Source: Phoronis australis
Taxonomy: Eukaryota > Animalia > Phoronida
DNA: 64,000 nt
Assembly (NCBI GenBank): GCA_002633005.1
Contig: NMRA01000277.1
Coordinates: 243,127-307,126 of the forward strand
Direction: 5' to 3'
Position numbers and translations under genes: made by a program. Under the pieces are notes generated by a model, which saw nothing but the letters and a program-made list of their open reading frames with translations, was not told the origin of the DNA and ran no database searches. This document shows, piece after piece, positions 51,291 through 64,000 of this stretch (within the stretch, counting starts at the first letter, position 1; each line of letters starts with the position of its first letter).

Positions 51291-51920
51291 ATTCGTGTCA
51301 TCGGCGAATGTCCCAACTCGGTCTTCGATCTCGTTGGGACATTTCCAGATGACTGAATGCTCGGTGGAATATGAGAGCAATATTCCCATGTATGTGGGAT
51401 AACCTGTATGTATACACGTACAGCTGTACACATGTAGTTTTACGTTGTAGCTTCACGTATTCAATGCATTCATAATGCCTGAAATACATAACAGCTGGAT
51501 ACAGTACACTAGATTCCATATACTGTAAAGTTTTCTACTTAAAATTGCTCCACTTTACTATAGGAAATTCTGAGAGGATACTAGATAGTAAAGGGTGATA
51601 GAAATGGCGGTTTTCACCTTTATTGAGAAGTTCTGTCATTTTATAAAGATAGATAAAAACATGAAGCAGTTACAATGTGGAATCAATAATTTCTGTTGCA
51701 TGCATTTGAGTCAAACTGCTGGATATTTCAATTTAACTTTCTTGTGAAATGACTGTTTTCAGGAAAATGTATCTGCGGGTGCATAGCCATTAGGGAGTCG
51801 CGAGAAGTACCTCTCCAAGAGAAACTTTGCCCTGTGTCGATGTACTCCCTAAAAGTTTCATGTCTACCTTCCTTTAATATAGTTCCTTGATGACCCTAAT
51901 CATTCGCTAATGTCGCTTAC

Positions 51921-52213
51921 CTGAACACGCTGTCGTCTATATCTTCCCCAAACATCTGCTGTATGCCAGGCGGAGGTGGTTTGAATTTCATTTAAGCGAT
52001 GCCAGTCCCTATCAGTAGTTTGTCCAAACTCACTGGCTCAGCGACTACAAATGTAACTTCATGACCAAGTTTAAGAAGTTCCGTCCCGATCGACCTGTGC
52101 ACGTGCATGTGACTGTAGAAAGGTGAGGTGACAAACAAGACACGATCGCTGCGAATTTCACGTGGCTGGATCATCAGCGCAAACACGAGCAAGTTCAACA
52201 AAAGTAGACCCAT
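51921..52213 (-). pseudogene. UGT: UDP-glycosyltransferase copy B, exon 1 with a premature stop
   Basis: MGLLLLNLLVFALMIQPREIRSDRVLFVTSPFYSHM…GTGIA*MKFKPPPPGIQQMFGEDIDDSVFR; TAA at 51992-51994 where copy A has CAA; donor AG|GTAAGC. Confidence 0.88.
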
Positions 52214-53655
52214 GTTTTCCGTCTGTTTCGGATAGTCAAAAACATTTAAAAGATGCGACTCGAATGACAAGTTATAGTTGAGCGGCTTCAAATATACNAG
52301 GTCATTTTGAGCTCGAGACAATTGACCTGCCGCAAAGAAAGTCACTGACGGCGTAACTCACCAATTAAAACCCAGCATTCTTGACGCACCTTCACCTGCG
52401 TTTGCAAGCTGCCCTTTTACTAACAACACACAAGTATAAAGTTGTAATTCCAGTGGCCACTGAATGAGACATCACATGAACCGCTAGTGACACTTTCATG
52501 GCTCAAAACGATAGTATTCCGATATCGTTTGCAAATCACTGGGGGTCATGGGAATTGAAAAATCTGAATCTATATTATAGAACTCTTCAAAAAATCTCCA
52601 GCACAATTCGTTGTAATTCAAAAATCTCAAATTCTTTAGGGTTGTTTTGAATAATTTTGTGCACATTTCGGGCGTTAAAAATAAAAAACCTTCTTGAACC
52701 AAGACTCAGTGTTTGTCATGTGACTCACATGGATTTTATACCGATACGATTTTCTTGCTAGGGTAACATACAACAGCTAGTTAAAAAATCGTAAAACCTG
52801 AACTTTTTTATTACAAGAGCAGTACATTTTTCAAAACATATACACACATGCACCGTAACGTATCAAATCCATAGGTACTTTATAGTTTGCTGCATTGATT
52901 ACGTCTCAATATAACGGATACACGCCGTTGTTCGCTACATGTGTAAAAACCAGCATGACCGTGGCCATGTTTTTGTCAACTTCAGATAGAGTCGTCAGTG
53001 TCACAAATCCTCCTCCTAGGCTTAGAAAAATGGCAATAGGTATTTCGAAATAATTCCTCTGCAGAACTTAGAGTCAGGTGACCGCTTTGCCAGAAAGAGG
53101 TACATTTTCACAAAGATCGCTGTTTCTTCCGAAAAAGTGGTTTCCCCAAAAATATAGTTTTCTCTTGAGAGTTTGTTTATTCGGTCGCACCTTTTGCGGG
53201 TTGTAAAATTGAGCAATTCTCTGGAACATTCCATGGAATATCAATGTGTTAAATTGACAGCTGGAAATAAAGCTTTGACAGAAATTTGCATCGTTTAACC
53301 TTATACATGTACAGTGACAAAGCAGACTTTGCTTGTGGTGCAAATATGGCCACAGACTTCTACAAGTATTGCTTTGTGAATGACTTACGATGTACAAACG
53401 TGTGATCAGTGTATTTGTGTTTGTAATGCACTTCTTTGACCTTTGACCTCTCAAACCTTTAAACGTAGATGGGTTAGTATTTAATGCATTTAATCTATCA
53501 ATAGATAAGAATGTGTAGTTGATAAGTTCAGATGAACATTCTTTTGTCATGATTTAGATTGAGAATATAATTTCATTATGACTGTTTTTTTACCGTGGGC
53601 ATCAGAAAATGATTACATAACTACTAATAAGCCTCTAACCATGACCGCGTAGACA

Positions 53656-54937
53656 TCAGTTATTCTTTTTTGTCGACTTAAGCAGGTTGTAAGACTTTGT
53701 TATGATTAAAGAGTAAATACGTCTGCTGCATAAAAACACGATCCACAAAACCAACCCAGGTAATAAAAGTACTGTTGTGATCACGTCCAACATTGTTGCG
53801 ATATACCACGGCCTGTCTATCGCAAGAGGGCGTAGGTGACCACCGCCATGTTTAATGACGTGGTCTAGCCAAAAGGCTGCTCTTTTTCTGGGAGTTTCCG
53901 GAAAACCTTTGAAAACACGGGACGCTTTTTTCACGTTCTCCTTAAAAGATGGGTCGCTGAGGATTTTCTGTATTAAGTCAAACGCATCATCGGACGTGAA
54001 CGTGTTCAAATCCATGGATAGACCAATCCGTTTAGTCTGAATTTTTTTAGCATTGTATATTTGATCCGTGGGCATTACGGGGACGCCCAGCATCGGCACG
54101 GAGTGGTAAAGTCCTTCATATACACCATTTGCGCCGCAGTGTGTGATGAAAAGTACTGTGTTCCTGTGACCCAGCACGTCGTTCTGCGGTATCCAAGACT
54201 GCGTGAGTACGTTTTCACTGACGACAAGTTCTGAAGTGTTAGTCTTGGGTAATTTTACTAAAACTTTTTGTTTCAAGCGGGCAAAAGCATCGAAAAACTT
54301 TTGAAGATAGCTGTGTGGCATCTTTTGCACCAGTGACCCCATGGAAAATAGTACAACTCCATGTTCAGCATCGGAAAAGAATTTCTCGAGTTCCCGCGGC
54401 AGTGGTTTCGCTGGCGAAGTAGTTAAACCTCCAGCAAACAACGAGTTTGGCATTGATGGACTCGGGTAATCAAAAACTGGATCAATCGTACCGTATATCC
54501 AGAATACAGATTTGGCAAGCAATTGGCGGTAATTAAGATTCTCTCCAGGCAGATGTTTTTCAATAACCCATTGTGCGTTGATAGGAAATTCGGCAATGTT
54601 CTGTAGTATTCTGTCCTTCAATGACTGAAGTCTGTCAAAATAGTTCATGTCTTCTGTAAAATCAGAAAATAGGCTCGGTGTAACACTTGTCCAGAAAGGT
54701 GCGCCAGACAGTAGGTTCTCCGGAATTGGTGACTCAGTTGCGAAAGGTATTCCCAGTTTCTTTGGAAGTATTGCTAAACAGCGAATAAATGGTACAGCGT
54801 CCAAGAAGATGAGAGCGAATTTCATGTCCTGTACTCGTTGCATGAAGTCATTGTCAGACAACATGGCGTCACAGTAGTGAGATGCGCAAGCAGACGTCTC
54901 TTTAATTTCGTCGAAAGGTGAAGATCGGCCGATAGAT
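53656..54937 (-). CDS. UGT: UDP-glycosyltransferase (GT1, membrane-anchored) copy C, exon 2; exon 1 outside the window
   Basis: Acceptor TTTTTTCATCACAG|ATCT; uninterrupted frame; full signature WIPQNDVLGHRNTVLFITHCGANGVYEGLYHSVPMLGVPVMPTDQ; TM helix; C-terminal KKNN dilysine motif. Confidence 0.93.
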
Positions 54938-55082
54938 CTGTGATGAAAAAACAAAAACACGACAATAATACCTCTAATGTCTTGGTTTCACAACAATCCC
55001 GTTAGTGAACTCCCAAATGGAAGAATTAGGTACATGTACACAGAAGAAAATAATTGAACGTTTTCGACCTTCTCCGTCTTAA

Positions 55083-57984
55083 GAGCGTGTTCGCGAATGG
55101 ACCAGGCAGAGGGTGATAAACGCTATGTCACAGATTCTCTTTATATTTTGTCTGTGAGATGACACTGGTCCCACTGACTCCAGACCACCTTTATTTTTTT
55201 TCAAAACGCCCCCTTTTGGTTTCCATGGATACTATTTGTTTCCGACAAGTTTTCAGCCTGGCGGCAGTTAAGTTTTAGTAAAATTCCGACAATTACGTTA
55301 CGCAGTGGAAGTAACGTTGAAATATTGAACCTGTGTTATTGATCAGGTGTGACCTTCGACTACTTTATTCATGAAAATTTAAAAGATTTCGATAATTTTT
55401 TGTCTGTTTTTAGAGCCGCATAAGATGAGTACTTTTAGTGATTTTTGAAACTGTCAAAATTGGCTAAATTCGTATCCCGATATCTCAGCTGGCACAGGTT
55501 TCAGAACATTTTAGTGCCAACCAGTGTGTAGAGCTATTTTAGGTCTGCAAAATAAGACAAAAAAATTTCCTGGCGCGAACGGATTTCATGTCATTTGAAG
55601 TAAAAAATGACTGGTGGTTACGCCATTTCACCTCAATGAGTAATGCCGACAAACGTCAACAAATAGTGAACATTTGTTAATAGTTGGCCAGCAAACGGCG
55701 AATCAATTTATCATTCATCAAATTTCGTATTTTCTAGGCACCGAAGGTACACTACTTTATTTCTAAAAAGTGGAATTAGGATACTTACTACGCAAATAGC
55801 AGTAGTTTTGGCAGGACACCTTTTGCAAGAGTCGAAATTCAAATCTTACTGGTTTTACAAAGCTCAGTAATCTCATTTGCACGGCTAAAAACAAAAAAAA
55901 AACCCGCCGACAAATCATTTTCATAACATTTTCCTTCAAAAATCGTGTTGCCCTCTCCCCACTTGCGACGTTCCAAATCTTACAGTGTTGTATGAACAAG
56001 ATCATTTATTTATGGTTTTATCTGTGGCTGTCCTGTTTACAAAGATGCTTACTGTGGGTTAGCTGTGCAGTGTGTCTGAACAAACATTTCTTTAGGAATC
56101 TTCAAGTGGTTTTGGTGCAGGGCGTTGAAAGCGGAGGACAGTGTCAAGGAGAAAGATTCATTGGCAATTACAGGCAAATTCAAAACCACTGGTCAGAGTC
56201 ATTCCGTGGACGTTATATAGCCGCCAGTGTCCCAATAACTTCACTTTTGAAGTGGTATGGCTGGCTAATGTTATCATTTTGCTATCTGCGCGCATTTTGC
56301 TGTGATTGACACAAGCGAAAAATGGGAAACTTTCGAGTAGCAGTGGGGGCTGACAACATGGAACCAGGTACCAGTGAGAAGATACTTCACCTGCGCAGTG
56401 TGAAGCACAGAGGAACGTACTTGAATAAGTGTGTGTGACTAGTTGTGAGAAGTCTAAAGAGTGAATTCATATTACTTCCCAGTCCTCCAGAGGGCAAAGG
56501 TACATGTATCCTGTTCCAGGTGATCAGCGGTTACTTGACAATATAAATGCCTCATGTTGGAAGCATGATCCACTGCAGAGGTCATGTGAAAGAAGTGAGG
56601 ATGATAAAGGCTGCTTTCAATATAAAGTCCATAAGTACAGGACAAGTAATGTATTGTAGGTCATGTTTTTCCATGACTTCTCAGCAGACAAACAATATAC
56701 AGCATATAAACTTTGAAACTCAGTTCAAAATATAACTTCATGCACATTGGGTTCTAACTGCTAAGTCTTCGAGGTGCTTTAATAGCAAGACTACCAACTT
56801 TCTAAGGCAAAATCACATCAGAGATATCTAAATGTGGTATTTGATCTAAGTGCTAATGGACTGGCTCAAATAGGAGACTCCTATGTTAGTTGTTCAAAAT
56901 ACAGGTGATCTCGCTTACATGTACCTCCTCATCCCATACNNNNNNNNNNNNNNNNNNNNNNNNNNNNNNNNNNNNNNNNNNNNNNNNNNNNNNNNNNNNN
57001 NNNNNNNNNNNNNNNNNNNNNNNNNNNNNNNNNNNNNNNNNNNNNNNNNNNNNNNNNNNNNNNNNNNNNNNNNNNNNNNNNNNNNNNNNNNNNNNNNNNN
57101 NNNNNNNNNNNNNNNNNNNNNNNNNNNNNNNNNNNNNNNNNNNNNNNNNNNNNNNNNNNNNNNNNNNNNNNNNNNNNNNNNNNNNNNNNNNNNNNNNNNN
57201 NNNNNNNNNNNNNNNNNNNNNNNNNNNNNNNNNNNNNNNNNNNNNNNNNNNNNNNNNNNNNNNNNNNNNNNNNNNNNNNNNNNNNNNNNNNNNNNNNNNN
57301 NNNNNNNNNNNNNNNNNNNNNNNNNNNNNNNNNNNNNNNNNNNNNNNNNNNNNNNNNNNNNNNNNNNNNNNNNNNNNNNNNNNNNNNNNNNNNNNNNNNN
57401 NNNNNNNNNNNNNNNNNNNNNNNNNNNNNNNNNNNNNNNNNNNNNNNNNNNNNNNNNNNNNNNNNNNNNNNNNNNNNNNNNNNNNNNNNNNNNNNNNNNN
57501 NNAATCAACAGCAATAAGATAGAAACGTCTTGTGTAAAAGTCTGGTGTTGATCAGTGTTGTGCCAGCTGAGATATACGGGCTCAAAGTGTGGCGAAATTG
57601 CAATGCCTTGTTAACTTCTGACCCCTCTATACTTTATGCCTGGAATTTTTAACTTAGCGGCAGAGTTAATAAGTATTGTTTGACATCTTTGTAAAGCCGA
57701 AGACTTGCTTTATTTAAAAATTACAAACAAATAATGATCTCATGCGCAGATATTTTTTATTTTGCAGTGCAAATAAGGCATTTTCGGCGAGTTCATTGCA
57801 TGGCATACCCCCAAAATAGAGGCTCCCTGATTTCTCCCCCTTAAACAAGGTAAAATGAGATTGGACTTTACTGTTTTGTTTATCATCCCAAAGATAACTA
57901 AAATGCATAGTATGGTTCAAATCGGTGACATTGGGTTTATCACCCCTCTGGTCATTTTTGCCTGCTGTGAGCCGTACTTCACTC
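55083..57984. mobile_element. TTAA-targeting (Kolobok-like) DNA transposon in the UGT-C intron, containing an assembly gap
   Basis: TTAA flanks (55079-82, 57985-88); imperfect TIR GGGTGATAAACsCwATGTCACmGATT; absent from introns A and B, whose homology resumes after ~57990. Confidence 0.7.
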
Positions 57985-60443
57985 TTAATATGGCTGTTAC
58001 GTGGCCAATATAAAAAGAAAATAACCTTGCTTGATACACATAAATTCTCCTTATTTCTTTACTCTAACTTGTCATGAAAATTGTTTTTGTCGAGCAGTTA
58101 CACCAAATGACCGTTGAAGTTTATTCAAAACCATTCTGTAGAATTACACTATTTGTCATTTTAGCTGTTCTTTTAAAATGTGAAACCCGACTTTCGGTCA
58201 TCACTCAGTTCTAAGACAAGTCAAGTTACAGATATTTTAATGAAGTTTAAAATTTTTTGTGGAAAAATTATTTTATAGAACGTTGTTTTATCTTTTACAT
58301 GATTCCCTGTGAACTTCCTTTCAATGTCCCCAAAGTTCGGTTCAAATTGTAATAGATCAATTGCACATGTAAAACTTTCTGCTTACATCTTTGCTAAAGA
58401 ATCACGTTGATCACTCCAATGTCAACTTTGCTTTAGTGACTCGTTGTATATTCCTGGATACCTCAAGATGGTTTTGAAGCCAGGTGAGTCGATTTGAAGG
58501 ACGTTTTCTCCAAAGGGACAATTACGGTTAATATCCGTTAAGCAAAGACAAAAATTATACATGTAGACAAATGGGACAAGAGTTTGCTGCTCGTTTTTTT
58601 CGTGATTTATGTAGGCCTAGGTTTATACCTTCCACATGTTCAAGTTCACTTAGGAGAAAATTAATTATATGACTTTCTCTAAGTTATCTTGTCGTTTCAA
58701 CTTTGAAGATAGTAAACAAAAATGACGATAACCTATCATGGCCAGCACCTATGCCCGGGTTATGAATGCATCCCATAACTTGGAATCGAACTCGAAATTA
58801 CAAACAGGTCAATGTCTACTTCAAGTTTACTCTCGATGAACCCTTAATTCGAGGTTTAAGACATCTTGATATTTTGAGTCAAAATTGAGCTCAGACACGA
58901 AATTTGAGTTATGATGCAGGGTCGTCAAGTGAAAACTAGACTTAGACAGTCTCTCACCCAATCCATAATGTACACGTACAAGTACGCTGTAGTCAAGAAC
59001 AAAGGTGGTGTGGAATTCGAATTCGATTTCATGTTTAAAAACAAGAAGTCGGGCCTTCACCAAACACACAACACCTCTTCTTGTAACCCTGTACTTAATA
59101 AACTCGTGTAAATTGAACTATCATAGAACTCTAGCCATGGAATGCCATCTCCCACTCGTGACCAAAATATTCTACTACTAGTAGAGCTTGCAACTCCGAG
59201 AATAACCGTGAGAATGTGCAATGTAAATTTTTACCAGCCGTCTGCTCGATTCAGTTGTAGTTGAATCCATACGACAGGTGAATTTAGCGACCTCTTTGCC
59301 GTTTCAGGTGGCGTACCAGTATTTCATACCACACGATATTAGAGAGCAATCAATGCGGAAGTGAGAGTTCAGTTGTCCGGTTTCTTAATTCTCGAATGTT
59401 GAAAGCTTTGCAACATGTGTTCAAAGTAACATTCTCTTTTTCTTTGTGAGTATTATTATTTCCCAATGTTGAATTTCTTTATTAACATAACCCTCGCAAA
59501 TACATGTATGTGTTCCAATGTCTCCTCCTTCACACACTGCATGGAAAGTCCTACACTGCAACCTACATGTACATGTATGTAACTATCTATCCAAAGTACA
59601 TTCTACATATACATTTCAATGCTACAAATTGGATGTTTAGTCATTCTTTATCTATCAGAAAGCCTCTATCTGCCACTTTCGGATAGGTGGGTGGAGTATT
59701 AGTTTATTGCATTTTGGTAAATGTCACTGAGTTTTTTTCTGAGGAACTGTATCAAACGGAAACAAAGGTACAATTAATGAATACGAACGTGTATTTTTGA
59801 AAGCATGCTGAACTGAATTTTCTGTGCAGCAGTGAGGGATCCGTATACTTAACCTTTTATTTCGATAGGGTAGAAACCTTTGAGTCAATTAAATTATTTC
59901 CCTGCTGGTTAAATGAGTCATTGTTATATCCTCTATTGCTCATTTCTTTTATATTTACGATCAATTCATACTTTTTTTGCATTTTGTCAACACTGTTGGG
60001 TTTTAAATTTAAAAAATAGTTTTTAAACCTGCCATGCCCGCGAAATGATAAGTATTTATGAATCAGTTTTAGTGATCATTGGCTTCAAGAGCGGATGAAG
60101 GGATTTCTAATGACATGGCTTTTAGGCAATTCTGTTGAATAACACAGGTGTTGCGATTCGCTTTGATGGCAGTAAATGCCATAGCAATAACCAACGCTGG
60201 AACAAACAGAAGCAAACCAATGCCACGCATGTGCGGCGTAACCTCACCAGAGTGAAATCGAAGGTGCCATTCCAGGGCTAGACTAAATTGTCAAATGCGT
60301 ACATGTTTACAGTAAAATGTACAGAAAACAAATCCACATGCAGTTAAACATTGTAGCTTCACAAATTCGATGCATTCATCAAGACTGACAGACAAAACAG
60401 CTTCGCACGTACATGTATAATAAAGAATCCACGAAAAGTATTT

Positions 60444-63173
60444 TAGTCAGGTTTGTTGTGTAATTTTGTTGGAAATTTTTTGGGAAATTGGAAACTATAC
60501 ATTTTTGAAAACCTCATGGAATGATTAATCAGAAAATTTGATTCCATTATTTTGGCGGCCATATTGGCGGCCATCTTGGATTTTCAAAATGGCGTCGGTA
60601 AAATGGATTTTTCCCAATATTTCCACTTTTGGGTCACTTAGAATGTTGGATTTTTTGGCTACACCTGCATTCATCTGGTCAAGGTATTGGAATTTTTTAT
60701 TTCATTGGCGGCCATCTTGGTTGCCATCTTGAATTTTTAAAAATGGCGCCAGTAAAATACATTTTCCTCAGTATCTTTGCTCTTGGGTCACTTAGAATGT
60801 TTTATTTTTAATGGGTGCACCCACAATTTTGTGGTCAAGAAATCTGAAAATGCAACTTATTAAATGAGAAACATAATCAAACCACATTTATTAGGAGCCA
60901 CATTTTCTAAATGCATTCTTCATGTAATACGACACATGATCACTGTCTTACTTTCTTGTATATTTTGTTCGGAGCTTGTTTACTTCAAGACATTTAAAAC
61001 TAAACCAGTACCTAAACATTTTATTTACGTTTGAAGAACATGGAAGTATGCTTTTGTAGTGGCAATAGTCTTTCAAAACTTTGCAATCAGTCTATAGGTC
61101 ATTACTATAGCCATCACCAGGAATCACATCATCATCACCATTCTGACATTCTGCACTATACTGACATAGATATTTGTAAGATAAGTCCTTTGAACGGCAA
61201 GATCATCTTTGGGAAGAGGAATTGTTTCTCCACTGGCATCTAACCATCTCAATGATAGCCTCTGGCGCCGGAAGCTCCTCAGTTTGATTGCTTCAGCTTG
61301 TCATATTTGTCCTCGTAAATTCATTCGGCAATGAATCAAGGAATTACTGTATTGTCGAGCAGTGACTGCCTGGCCCCACAATCTGGCTTGAATAAACACC
61401 TTCGGCACATGCTGTTCCAAGGCAGCAATGGTTGGTGGACGTTTGTTGCTGTCTGCCACATGTTTACAGAAGAGGTACCATCTCAGCTCTGGAATGCTAT
61501 TTGTGTCTATACCATGTGAAGAGTTTGTACATGTAAAAGGGGCTAATGTGAAAAGAGGTTCACCTGTTACTTCATAAGCAGTACAAAAAGTGTGCTGTGC
61601 ATTGATATCATCGGTGTTTGCCTTCAAAATATATATTCAACCTACAGAATGGACCAGTGTTGTCTTTCCATGTAAAAGCACGGAAAGCACGAATAGCTAT
61701 TTGCCCGGACAGCACCTAAATAATATTGGATTCACGTCCACAATCACAGATGCCATGGGGACTGAAGTATTTCTGAGAAGCCTGTTATAATAGGCAATGA
61801 CGAGTACCAGTAAATCTATGTCAGGTGAAAAGAAAACCTCAGCTGATAATCAGGGACCTTTTGATGTGATGCCAGAACTGAATGATGTACAGTGTATGTG
61901 CAATATATCACTTTCTTCTAAGCGTAGATCACGTCGGTTGATCTTTGTGCATCCTGAAGCTGAAGTAATGGCTATCTTTGCAGATTCTGTATTATATTCA
62001 AGAGTCTTTGCAGACATATTTTCAGTAAGTTGAGCTTTTTTGGTCGTGGGAGAGGAAACGGCTCATTGGGATGTTCTTTATGTAAGTCTCTACTCTTATC
62101 TGGTACGGACTGTTTTTGACCCTTTCTCTGCCTCCTTTTTTCTCTTGTGGCTTGTTTCAAAGAGTTGTCTATGTGGGTGTCAAAAACCAGAATGATATCG
62201 TCATAATCTCTAGTTAAGAAAATCACTTCCACATTATACACACGTGCAGTTTTGTGGCTTGGGCGAACACACTCATTGGATGTTGTTTACAAGTTTTCTG
62301 GGTCTAAAACCTCCCTTGCAGCTAGAGGACTGTCCTGTACTAAAACGTCTACTTCGGAAAGTTTCTATAGGTGGATTCGATTCGATTTGTCTGAGCACGA
62401 CAGCATTGTCCCACCACTGGCAGCAAAGATTGCTCTTGGTATTAGCTTGAATTCATAGTGGCTGACTGATTTTCCCAGCAGGCTATAACTCCTGTTGTTG
62501 TCATCATTGATCCTCAGCCTGGTTACTGCCAAGCTTATCTGCCATCCGACTATCAAAGGCAAAATGCATTTCCATTGAGTAGAGGAGAACTGGATTCCGA
62601 AATGAACAGTGGAAATAATAACGAAATCTTCAAAAGATATGTCTCAAATGTCTTTTCAAAAAGATAGAGATACACACTGTAAATATACATGTAGGTTAAT
62701 CTGCGTTTCTGTGATTCCTTTAAATATTCTGTGGGTTTTTATCTGCTATTTAAATCATTTAGATTATATGTATCAATATGGAAATAATGTTTTTCAATTT
62801 CTTATCCCACAAAATGTGGGTGCAGCCATTAAAACTAACATTCTAAGTGACCCAAGAGCAGAAATACTGAGAAAAATGTTTTTTACGGGCGAAACTTAAG
62901 AAATTTCAAAATGACCACCAAGATGGCCGCCAATAAAATTAAAATCATTGACTTCAGAACTGCAGGTGTAGCCATAAAAACATTCTCAGTGTCCCAAGGG
63001 CGCTTTACCTGCGCCATTTTTGAAATTCCATGATGGCCACCAACACGGCCACCGAAAAAACGGAATCAATTGTTTTCATTCTTCATTCCATGAAGTTCCC
63101 AAAAATGTATAGTTTCCACTTTCCTCAAAAAATTCCGACGAATGTTAAAATTTGGACATAGTGAATCTGACTA
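60444..63173 (-). mobile_element. Decayed Academ DNA transposon
   Basis: Long TIRs starting TAGTCAG with GGCGGCCATCTTG repeats; minus-strand transposase fragments LVFDTHIDNSLKQATREKR and YLFCK…PPTIAALEQHV…QARLWGQA. Confidence 0.85.
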
Positions 63174-64000
63174 CTTAGCTACTAAAAATTTCTGACTTTA
63201 CTACAAGAATTTCTAAGAAGCTTCTCACCAGTAGAAGGTGTTATAAAATGCCGGATTCCACCTTCGCTGACGAATGCTTACATTTTTGAAGGTAGCTCAA
63301 CGTAGTAGAAAAAAAGTCTTGGCATATATGTGTACCATGCTGCTGGATATTTCTTTTTAACTTACATGTACTTATGCAATGAAAGTGTAACGCCTACTAA
63401 TAGGTTAAATAAACCACCAATTGTTCCTTGCACGTTTGTGGAGAGTTAAGTACTAATCCACGAGAGCATCAACCATGAGCGGCAAGGTGGGGGTCAGCCG
63501 ATTTTCACCAAATTTGTAGTACCATGGGATCTATAAACAGCGGTAAAATATTTCCTCAAAATATTGCGTTTTTCTAAAGTTATAGGTTCAAACACATTTT
63601 ACGGTTTCGCAGCCATGTTTTCACGGTATAAAAACTGTCCAGTTTTAGCTGTTCACATTTTTCCTTGAATGAAAGCTATTGATTTATTATTCACTTGGCA
63701 TTGTTTAGTGGTGCCTATAGATTGTTACTCAGATGTCTTGAAACACGATTCCGATTTACCACCCTCATTTAGTAGTTTTACTACACTGCCCCCAGTTATG
63801 CCATTTTGAGGTTGTGTTCAGTAACACTGCTGTACCAAATCTGCCCCCACTGTTATGAGAATGAAACTTAGCCAAAATGTTGACAAAACATGTTACTTTC
63901 ATTGCATAAAATAAAAACTTTGTCAGCCAGTTTATTAGTTATACATTTCGGCACCTCAAATGTACTAAAATGAGAAATTGTCATATATCTGAGATCGATG

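Noticed and set aside
60550-60750. YY1-like AAAATGGCG / GCCATCTTG clusters as a host promoter (also ~19003, ~50627)
   Set aside because: The 60.5 kb and 19.0 kb motifs lie inside transposons, and none has an associated host gene start.
63445-64000. Possible further DNA transposon end after TTAA
   Set aside because: The partner end is outside the window, so it cannot be supported.

Overview
This is AT-rich eukaryotic genomic DNA, probably from a marine invertebrate (an inference from the repeat landscape and the very high TACATGTA density). It comes from a gapped assembly, with N blocks at 893-1522, 5413-5479 and 56940-57502 and single Ns at 14113, 28152 and 52298. The only host genes are three tandem minus-strand UDP-glycosyltransferase (UGT, GT1) paralogues. 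Each has a 293-nt first coding exon, a ~10 kb phase-2 intron and a ~1.28 kb second exon. Copy C (exon 2 at 53656-54937; exon 1 is outside the window) looks intact and ends in KKNN. Copy B (51921-52213 + 40352-41632) has a nonsense codon in exon 1 and a -1 frameshift in the tail. Copy A (26169-26461 + 14809-16089) has a destroyed splice acceptor, a Gly>Asp change in the UGT signature and a different -1 tail frameshift. The rest is nested fossil transposons: Kolobok (THAP transposase plus a P2X7-tail-like KolX gene), Academ, ISL2EU-like, hAT and Tc1/mariner MITEs, a Penelope-like GIY-YIG remnant with a decayed hammerhead, a HERO-type non-LTR element, solo LTRs and tRNA-derived repeats. The most unusual signal is pervasive 6-bp CATGTA insertion at TA sites (TA > TACATGTA), visible as discrete events between paralogues and inside fossil ORFs. 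Most short ORFs in the track are spurious.
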